NCBI GenBank assembly: GCA_053919585.1
Contig: CM132806.1
Direction: 5' to 3' (one strand)
Source: Euprymna scolopes
Lineage: Eukaryota
Length of the DNA: 64,000 nucleotides
The position numbers were made by a program, and so were the translations under genes. Under the pieces are notes generated by a model. The model saw only the letters and a program-made list of their open reading frames with translations, was not told the DNA's origin and ran no database searches. Position 1 is the first letter of the stretch; every line of letters starts with the position of its first letter. Shown piece after piece: positions 39,401 to 48,789 of the stretch.

Positions 39401-40940
39401 AAATGGAGATGTGTGCAGCTGATGAATTTGCTCCCGGCATGAACACTATATCCAGTGGTCTCCCTGACATCACTTGTGACGGTTGATGGGGGCAGGTATT
39501 GAATGCACTTGATTTAAAGTGCTCCCGTAACCAGTGTTCTAAAAGTTCCCTATTATTTCCAATAGAGGTAACTGTGATTCTTGTGTGGCACTATCACCTC
39601 CCCGGGAGGGTTACTTGGTTGAGGAACCACATATCTAAATGATAGACACATGTTGGAAACATCAACAACAATGGGTCGATATGTCATCGGCTATAACTGT
39701 CTGGCATAAGTCGCATCTTGTGTGGTCATTGCAGGCATTTTCCCATCGTCGGCATTGATGGCATGCTGAAATCGAATATTTGTATAAAAATAACGACAAA
39801 TGCATTTTTATAAAAATATATATAATTTATTTAACAGTTAACAAGTTGTAAGCATATTTAGTCAACCCATTGCATGAACACCCAAACTGCTATCGTCCTC
39901 TGCATATAGGGTGCAAGGCTCAACTGATTTTACAATACAATCATATTTCAATTCTCTCTTTCAATGAAGAAAGAGAGAGAAAGGGAGTGAATGAGAGAAA
40001 GAGAGAGAGCAAGAAAGGGACATAAAAAGAGAGAAGGTACATTCATACAGGTTAAACATTATTTTGCTTTCGAATGCCTCTTGATGAGTTCCCCTAGTTT
40101 GACCTTTCAATCTCTAAGGTTTTATATCATTTTGCCTTGATTCAATATCATAAACAAACTGTCATTTTTGTCTTGAGTCATCGCAGAACATTTTCAAAAT
40201 CACAAACACCTGTTTTACACAATTGCACCACACTGAAGTGTGTGTGTCTGTGTGTGTTTGCCTCCACATAAGTGCAGGCCAAGTTAGACACAAGGTTCAT
40301 TAATATAGAAGCCCTTAGCTCCCTTAAAAGGGGCTACGTCATTGTGCCACACTTGTAGGTTTGTTAGGGACCATTTCTCTTTGGGGACATTTACATGGTG
40401 CTATTCCATTATTTAAGGTTTACATGTCAGCTTTCGATATCTGGTGTGGGGGTCGTGAGGGATTAACTCTAAGTCTTTCAGTGCTGACAGATAAGTAAAA
40501 TCCTGACATGTTCTCTGATACGTAAGTGACTAGTTTGGTTTCTTTAAGGCCAACTTCAATATGTGCAAAAATTATTCCTTTAATGTGTAGTGGGTTGTCC
40601 ATGATCTCACGTATCCTATGGGTAGTTGGTATTAGCACATCGCTAGTGCATCCCAATACTTTCAGTATTTCAGGGCTACTCGAACATGTTTGAGCACCAG
40701 TATCCGGAACAGCCATATACGGTGTATTCAACGGCAAATCCCTTTATCTAAGGCACACCCAAATTCAGCATGGGACTTCGGTATTAAAGATATTTCGACT
40801 TTTAAGGAGAGTGACAGTTTGGGAGTGGGGGGGGGGGGCTTCTTTTGAATCTACCTCTGTTCCATGCAAGATGTTGTATTGCTGCTAATTTCTATCTTCG
40901 TTCAGCAGATGCTGGTCTTCCTCCTACTCTGCTGCTAAGT
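36417..40940 (-). mobile_element. Decayed Gypsy element D (3' LTR plus IN, RH, RT and PR; 5' part lost)
   Basis: Putative LTR at 36417-36575 (TGTA..TACA) next to a G-rich PPT; protease PDTGAQ (40420-40737), RT KKDGSPRRMVDLQKLN (39159-39473), integrase (37379-38011); non-coding insertion at about 39590-40320. Confidence 0.8.
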
Positions 40941-41469
40941 ATTTTTGACTGATGGCGTGATGAATCACTCGTTCTCCTCCCACACTCTTCATACAGTTTA
41001 TTTCAAGGAAGGGTCTTTATTTATTCACTTATACCTATGAGTTTTCCCATGATTTTCCGCTATTAATTCCTTCTTATGAAAACCATATAGTCTGTCTTTT
41101 TTGTTGTTTTCTTTTTGTTTTTTCTAACATTCTGTTTACAATAGACAACAAGCATTCACTGCCAATTTCTGTTAAGTAAACAAAATTGTTAATTTTCGTT
41201 GAAATACACTGCACTTTATGCTTAACATTTGATGAATAAATTATTAATACAAGGTGTTTATGTACTTATGTTACCGCGCTATTGTGTAACATAGTCTTCT
41301 TAACTAAAATTCACTTTTACAATATCTATTTGATTAAATTGTTAGGTGAAAGTACACTATAATTACAAAACACCCTACACTACTCATGTTTATGTCTTTC
41401 TAAATAATTGTATTGTTATTTAAGCATGAGCACCAAAAAATATTCATCTTTTCTTAAAAAAAGATTATT

Positions 41470-41880
41470 TTGCTTATTAAAAAATTGAGTATTTTTTACG
41501 ACAGTACCCACTGTGCTATAAACACCCCCGATATCCACATGTTAAAAACATCTTTTGAAATAAACAATCCCAACCTCGCCATGTTTTGGCTTTCAGGGGT
41601 GTTTACTCCATCTTAACATGGGGCGGTTGAGGTATTTATACTACGCTGGGTACTAAAAAATTAATAAAATAAAAAATCAACCAATATTAAACAACAGTAC
41701 AAAGCGTAGTGTAAAAACCTTTTACATTTCCATGTTTGGAACGGCTTGCGAATTTAACACCTCCTACCTCCCCATGTTAAGAACAGCGTTCCAAGTTGAG
41801 GTGTTTTTCCAAAATCCATTCTTAACATGGGGAGATTGGAGGTGTTTATGCTACACTAGGTACTGTTGTAAAAAATACCA
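41470..41880. repeat. Inverted-repeat (foldback/MITE-like) element
   Basis: About 57-bp imperfect inverted arms at 41490-41545 and 41821-41878, with internal partial copies of the same motif. Confidence 0.65.
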
Positions 41881-41948
41881 AAAATTTGGAAAAAAATTTT
41901 TTTAAATAATAATAAAAAAGAAATAAACTCTATAAAGTGCAAGTTTTC

Positions 41949-41994
<46 letters not shown>

Positions 41995-44900
41995 CAGTAA
42001 GTTTACAGTAGATTTTATTTTTAATTTATTGTATTTATACTTTTTTTCAGTCTCTTTGTTTGGATATTCATCTGCCTCTGTTACTTTGCTAGGCTTAATC
42101 CGGTGACTGTTGGTTTAGCCTAAACCATAATTTACACAAAATCCTGAGGACCCAGGTCTAATTCTGCTAAACTTTTCTTATACCTAATATGAAACTAAAA
42201 ATTGCCTTAAAACTTAAATTAAAATTCTTTCATAACTCCTTGTGTAACGCTGAGAAACGGGTCCTGCTAGTTGATAATAACAAAAAAAGTGAGAACTGTG
42301 CTATACTCATCTTCCACAGAAGCATTTATCTCGCTAGCGCATCTGTTATACACAAGATTCTACGTTCTCTCTCGGCTTGCGTATCGCACACTATGTTAGC
42401 TGCTAATCTCTAGCAGTCACTTCCTTGTAGCGAAGCGACCTATGTCTCTTTCCCTTTCTTTCAGCCTTTTTCTCCTTTTTCTCTCTTCTTTTTCTTCATA
42501 ATGTGATGATTACAACAATTAACAGCAAATCAACCTTTTCTCTCTTTTCTTTATCTTAACAAAATAACATATAATAATTCCACTCTCTCTTTTTTTTTTA
42601 ATACACAATCAAATCTCAAGGGCTACCCAACCGATAACTAGGAAAAAGGCAACTCAAGCCAAAATAAGACGATTAACTCGTTGACCTGTAGTTGACATGG
42701 TCCCTTTCATGAAGACAGGGTTGATATGATGCTAGATGCAACAGTTGATGATCTCTTCTGTTTTCTGCTGGAAAAGATCATTCAACTGGGTTATTTTCTT
42801 TAACTTCACTTGCAAGTGAATAATGATAATAATAATAATCGATGCCGACTGATTGTAGTTTTCACATGAAATTAATTATTCTTCACATAAGAGAAAAAAT
42901 AAAAATAATTATGTACACTTTTTCACAGAAGAATTAAAAATAAAAGAATGAAAACATTGTTTACAAATTTCTTTTTCTGGTAGTTACAATAGTGTTCAAA
43001 CAAAGCTCTTTTTTTCTATTTTTACTGGTGATTTCTTGCTTATTGGATGGGTGCTTCACAGGATGGTGGGTGGGATGATGGACAGTCTCCCTCTGAGTTC
43101 AACCAGACTCCAAAATTGAGCTGAAAACTTACTCCTGACTGATTTTCTTTACTCTGCAACACCTTATGTATGCAGGGTGATGTGGGTCAGAGTAGACATG
43201 GGGCTTCCATTTTACCAATCATCGTCTAGTCCGTTGCACTTTGGTTCATCCTGATTAGATAATCAGCCACCTTCCTCATACATCCCAATCATGTAACTTT
43301 CCACAAAACATGGTTCTCAGTGACAATTTTCTCATGTACCTGGGTGATTTCAGTCCTTGATCCCCGAGTCACAACTCTAGCTTAAACAATCGCTAGATAT
43401 CTCCAAATAATCACTTTTACAGCAATATTTGTTTGTTCCATTACAAAGAAAAATGTATTTTACATCGATGACCATGCCATTTCTCTTTCTAATTGGCAGG
43501 GTTGTCTGCTGTCTTCCAGGACCTGTGATTAAAATAAAAAGGCTCTAATTCCTCTTTCGCTTGCTCTGTTTTGGGGCAATTTTCTGCTATAGCTCTAATT
43601 CTTCTCGTCTCAACTCCTCCTCTGGGGTAATCAATTTCTTACCATCCTGGTTGGTTAGGTCACATTGTATAAAAAAGAAAATATTGATTTTAAAAAACAA
43701 AAGAAAACGTCAGACACTTTCCAAGAATGATTCATGAATTTTAATGATTATTTCATTTCTTACGAAAGTTTGAATTTTGTAATAAAAAAAATAAATATAA
43801 AATAAAAATGAAGAAACAAATTTTCAGAACTCTTTTTCACTAACATCACACTTTGTACAGACTTTACTTGAACTGTATTTCATAACATCTATGCTCTCTC
43901 TCTCAGCTTTTAAAAACTCGGCCCTGTCCTCTTCAATTTGTTCTTATAGCCACCATTACTTTCATGTAAATTAATGCCATATTTATATAAAAAAATCCAT
44001 CTACAAACTTTAGTTTTCTTTTTCTTTCTCCTTCTCCAATCCTGTCACTCGACAGACTAAGCTGCCACTGTGTGTATCTTCCATTTCCTTTGCACAAATC
44101 CCCCCTCCTCCGATTTTATCATCACAAATATTGCTGCTGGATGTGAGCCTCTTTGTTCAAGCGCTTCTGCAAAGTGGAGGAGCAATCTATTACATCCAAG
44201 ACTGTTGTTGGACCGTCTATCATTATCATCATTGTCAACAGTGGCTTCTGAGCTACTAGTGTCAGAAGCATTGTCTACTGATACCGACCTTGGCCTGTTC
44301 TATTGTTTGATTTCTTATGACAAACTAATTCTGGTATTGAATAGTATACAAGTTCCTAGAAAAGGCACAAATTCTTACATGATGACGGATTCTATCAATC
44401 AACACTGAGTATTGACTGTTGATGTTTCCTTTAGGTTCATAAACACACCGTAATTGGAGCCGTACACCTCATTCTCACAGCAACTACCAAAAGTGTTGGC
44501 TGGTAAATGCAGTGCCATTGTCTTAGTATTTTAATTGGTGGGCTTTGCTTATAAAATATGGATACCAGCTGGTGTATGACGCTTAGTGAATTTTGCCAAT
44601 GTAGAGATCACGAAATTGCAAGTAACGAAGCACCACAATCAATGAGTGTGAGATAGTTATCATACCATGATGAGTGATGTCCACATTCAACCGTTTCCAT
44701 TGTCCCCACATCAAGCCTCTCTTTGCAACAGGATACAGGTGCAGGATCAATCGGCTGATATGCCTCATATTTTTACTGCCATTCATACATCGACTTTCGA
44801 TACAGTTGTGTCCTTTCGTTTGGCAAAGTATAATGTGTGTTTTATTCCAGGGTGTCCTCAATGATGATGAATGTGTGTGGTGTGGTTAATGTTCAAACAA

Positions 44901-45177
44901 TGTGCACTATCGATGCAGGTATGTTGGGTGGTTCTACTTTGGCTTTTACTTTACTGTGCCAGCATTGTCATACTCTTGTCAGTTAGTTGACTAGTACTGC
45001 TATTAGACTATAGTCTTTAACTATGTCTACAAATGTGTTGAGTCCTCTTCATAGCAGCATTTTGCTGGCTGCCTTCATGGTTGGTTGGTACTTTCCTACA
45101 TATAGTACCTTTGCCTGCCACTGACATGTCAGGTTAACTCCTTTTAACACTTTGCTAGGTTAAAGTTTGGCACATTA

Positions 45178-45201
45178 CACAGTGGGTTCGCAAGCGGACA
45201 T
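45178..45201 (+). repeat. Left RSS-like TIR: heptamer + 6 bp + CAAGCGGACAT
   Basis: CACAGTG-GGTTCG-CAAGCGGACAT, read directly. Confidence 0.9.
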
Positions 45202-45936
45202 ATGGAATTTTTGCAACTTCCCCAAATGACTATAAAACTTAGAAAAGTGCAAAGTTCAGTTTCTGTAGTATCAAAAAATGGTATTATTTATCTTCTAAAA
45301 ATGATTATTGATCAAGATATGCCAGCTGGAAGCTTGCGAATTTTGATCGTTCACAACCTTGCGATAACATAAAAATTACCAAGCAGCAACTTTGGGTGTA
45401 CCTGAGTAATTGTCAAAAATTTCTTCCAAAACCTCTGTACATGTCCCATAAGTCCCCGAAATATAAGGCCAGATGTCTAAAATTGAATTAAATGCGAAAA
45501 GTTGGATCTATGGTCAGCTATTGGGCCTCTTTTGTGGGATTTTCCGGAAAATTTATGACACAGATTAACAGTTTTTTCCTTAAAAAAAGCCCGAAATTTG
45601 ACCCCGATCTGTACACTTTCACCGACGATTGCAAAAAAAAGCCCGAGATAAAAAAATTTATGCTTCACATATAAGAATCTAGACAAATAACACTATCATA
45701 ATCCAATTGGACAAAAAAATTCATTCTCGGGCACCATATTAATTCTGACGTAATAAAAAATATTGAGGATACCCAATTATTGTAATTTTGTGTATCCAGC
45801 AAAAATCGTCAAACGCGTATATTCATATAACTAATCAAATTTTTTTCCACATATATGACCCATACCACTTTTCCTATGTTTTTGGGGTGTAGAATCCAAA
45901 TCTGGCCTTTAAAACACCTGAAACTTAACTGTTTTC

Positions 45937-47214
45937 ATGATAAATCCAAATTCTAGCACATCATATGGTGAATTGGTATGGGAGAATCCTTCGCATGCAT
46001 CTTCCTCGTCTTGTCGCCCCGTGATGCTACTGATGGGAAACGAAAACAGAGAGAACCTTGATATCGTTACAGACATCCAGAAAGAGAGAAAGGATTGTGA
46101 ATTCATTGTCCAACATCACAGCAAACCGGTGAATATCAAGGTCGATGCAACTATGTCTATGATTGATGGTAAGATGCATAGTCTTATATCTGGTTTGGGT
46201 GGGGCATTTTGTTGCTTGTGTGCATACAGTAAAGAACAATGTCATGATTCTGTCTGTATCACCACTGGTTTCAAAATTGATCGTTCCTTGGAACAAACAC
46301 TAGCCCTCTGTGAGAAAGGAATCCATCTTCCAGAAAACCGAAAGGTTGGTGATTATGATGATCGCAAAGGTATCACCCAGGATCCTATTACCATCGAAGA
46401 TATCAACAACTTGCATCCTCTCCATAATTTGCTGAGATGCTTTGGATGGATCTTCAAGATTTGTTATCATGTCACTGCAGGACATTATTCATGGTCAGAA
46501 GCAAAGGTGGACGTATCCAACCGTATCGCTAGAGCATTGGCATTTCTAAAACAAGCGAAGGAACAGATCCAGACCAAGGTAAAGGAAGAGACATCAATCA
46601 CCATGGAGAAACCTGATCCAACAGGTCACGGGGGTACGTCTACGACAGGAAATGTGGCGTCACTTATGCTCAATACTAGCAACAGAAGGTTGTTGACTGA
46701 TGGAATTGATAACACCGAATTGAAGTTAAAGATTGACCGCATTATACTTCGTATGGCGGTTATTCTAACGATAAACAACTCGAACAAGAACATCAGGGTT
46801 GCTGAATTTCAGGAGTTTTGCCGTGAAACATACCTTCTTGTCAATAAGATATCGTGGATTCAAATCAGTCCAAGTGCACACGTTGTTCTTGGTCACAGTG
46901 CGGAACTTATTGAACAGAACGACGGCAAAGGTTTGCTGAACTTTACGGAGTGTGGCATCGAAGCAAATAACAAATTCCTGAGGCAGTATCGAATGAACTA
47001 TGCACGGAAAACAAGTCAATTTGACAATTTATCCGATTGTATTAACAGACTGTGGGATAAAAGCGACCCTATGGTGTTGAAAGTATGTGAACGACTACAG
47101 TGCACTCATTGTAAAGGAGCAGGTCACACAATACGAAGCTGTGATGAGTTGAAGGAAGCACTTCATCAATGCAACAGCGAATATGAAGCACTAGTTGCCT
47201 TCTTGTCTTACTGA
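45937..47214 (+). CDS. RAG1-like/Transib transposase, C-terminal catalytic core plus CTT-like tail (first catalytic Asp region absent)
   Basis: WENP..SSSSCRP, MIDGK (D77), CCLC, PLH, GGTSTTGNVA, HVVLGH, TECGIEANNK (E342), ARKTS..NLSD, SDP, CTHCKGAGHTIRSC; 425 codons without a stop. Confidence 0.9.
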   Translation: MINPNSSTSYGELVWENPSHASSSSCRPVMLLMGNENRENLDIVTDIQKERKDCEFIVQHHSKPVNIKVDATMSMIDGKMHSLISGLGGAFCCLCAYSKEQCHDSVCITTGFKIDRSLEQTLALCEKGIHLPENRKVGDYDDRKGITQDPITIEDINNLHPLHNLLRCFGWIFKICYHVTAGHYSWSEAKVDVSNRIARALAFLKQAKEQIQTKVKEETSITMEKPDPTGHGGTSTTGNVASLMLNTSNRRLLTDGIDNTELKLKIDRIILRMAVILTINNSNKNIRVAEFQEFCRETYLLVNKISWIQISPSAHVVLGHSAELIEQNDGKGLLNFTECGIEANNKFLRQYRMNYARKTSQFDNLSDCINRLWDKSDPMVLKVCERLQCTHCKGAGHTIRSCDELKEALHQCNSEYEALVAFLSY

Positions 47215-47349
47215 TTCTTTTTATTTAGGGTCTATTTTGTTCCAAGTTACGTTATTGATCATTCTATTCATAGTTCATTATGTTTTTCAATATTGAATTA
47301 CAGTGCGTATCGAATTGTTATTACATAGCTGCGGATTTATTACGAACTT

Positions 47350-47895
47350 TCTTGCAAATTCTGTTCAAAAACGCATTCTTAGGCCTTTTACGTCGAAAAA
47401 CCTGTTTCCCGGAATGTTGACCCGATTTCTCAAAATTAGGGGTTGAGGCACCCAGACTCCCAAAAATTTGAAAATTATACATGTAAAATTGACTTCTCTA
47501 CATTCCACGCCATTGTACGGTTCTAACAAGCCCAAAATGGCCTCCGTATCAGTATTATTTAACAAGTTCTGTCAAAAAACGTGTTTTTTGGATTTTGGCC
47601 AGATCGCCCAAAATCAGGGGTTTTGGCCCCTTTGACCCCCCAAAATTTCAAAAATTTTAGAGAAATGTTTTTTTCTGTCTTCTACTCCCTCATTCGGTTC
47701 TAACAAACCCTAAATGGCCCCTACATCGATATTATTTGACGAGTTCTGTCAAGAAACTCGTTTTTTTGGATTTTGGCCAGATTGCCTAAAATCCAGGCTT
47801 TCGGCCCCCTTGACCCCCCAAAATTTCAAAAATTTTTGGGAAATGTTTTTTCCTGTCCTCTACTTCCTCATAAGGTTCTAAAAAGCCCTTATGGC
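47350..47895. repeat. About 178-bp subterminal tandem repeat (about 3 copies) in the right arm of the transposon
   Basis: GGTTCTAA(C/A)AA recurs at about 47519, 47696 and 47874; units share TTCTGTCAA..GGATTTTGGCCAGAT..GACCCCCCAAA. Confidence 0.85.
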
Positions 47896-47930
47896 TATAA
47901 ATGAAGTAGTTTTTTCTAATTTATAGTTAA

Positions 47931-47966
47931 ATGTCCGCTTGACCCCCCCCCTCTGGGCCCACTGTG
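47931..47966 (-). repeat. Right RSS-like TIR: heptamer + 18 bp + CAAGCGGACAT
   Basis: Reverse complement reads CACAGTG-GGCCCAGAGGGGGGGGGT-CAAGCGGACAT. Confidence 0.9.
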
Positions 47967-48789
47967 CATTATTCACTGAGTGCAACCAGCTTGCATCCTG
48001 ATCCGTCGACCTCTAGCGTGATCTCAATGGACAGTGAACCTGCTTCCACCCAAAGTGTAAAATCCCTACCATTTACATACTAATCACTTTGTAAAAGATT
48101 GTCCTGATGTATTCCATTCAATATTTCCTTCACCATAATCCTGAGTTGTTATTTCATCATCCCTGCCAGTTGTAACTTTGTTGGCGTAATGTTTCATGTA
48201 TACTGTAACTACTCAATGCCTTCTGCAAACTGGAAAATGACCAGTCTTCCACATACTGGAAAGATTGTTTGCCACATCATGACTGATAGAGATTTTGAAC
48301 TATCTCCCCCCCCCCCGTATCTATTACAGTCTACTGCCGTCGCTGTGAATGTGCAATCCAAACATTTGTGTTCCTTCTTGAAACTACTCGGGTAAACTCA
48401 CAGGTCAGTCAAAATTTTCCCAAATATTTCTTCACTTGTTCTGCAAATGTGAGACATTAATTGTCGAAAATGATGTCCATGTATGATGATGTGGCTGGTT
48501 GAATTGACATATAGTGGAAGTTTACTAAGTTTATAATGGATTCCATTATCAATGCAACTTTCATGCTAAGTTGTGTGAGGCAATACCTTTGCCTCTCAAT
48601 ATCACTGTCTGAAAGGGACACAATGATTTGTATGTATGCACTTTAAGATAAGATTTCTCCAATTCAATATGACAGCACCTGAGTCTTCATGGCACCAGTC
48701 CTGCAACTTCTGTGCATATATACACCAGCATTTACTGGAAAAGCGCCAACAAAGTTATTGAGCTCTCTGTAGTCTGTCACAAATCACAC

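Larger units (their letters stand above)
45178..47966 (+). mobile_element. RAG1-like/Transib-superfamily DNA transposon (internally deleted), 2789 bp
   Basis: CACAGTGGG at the left tip, CCCACTGTG at the right tip, perfect 5-bp TSD CATTA (45173-45177 and 47967-47971), transposase ORF inside. Confidence 0.95.
44300..48780 (-). pseudogene. Highly decayed Gypsy pol that hosts the RAG1/Transib insertion
   Basis: Integrase-like QWKRLNVD near 44690 on the left and RT-like IIIHG..CLTFAEQVKKYLG near 48420-48495 on the right. Confidence 0.45.

Noticed and set aside
41509-41515. Isolated CACTGTG/CACAGTG heptamers (also 17625-17631 and about 34909)
   Set aside because: No partner 11-mer, nonamer or TSD; several are expected by chance in 64 kb.
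46027-47019. Antisense ORFs over the transposase
   Set aside because: Short shadow frames with no recognisable motifs.
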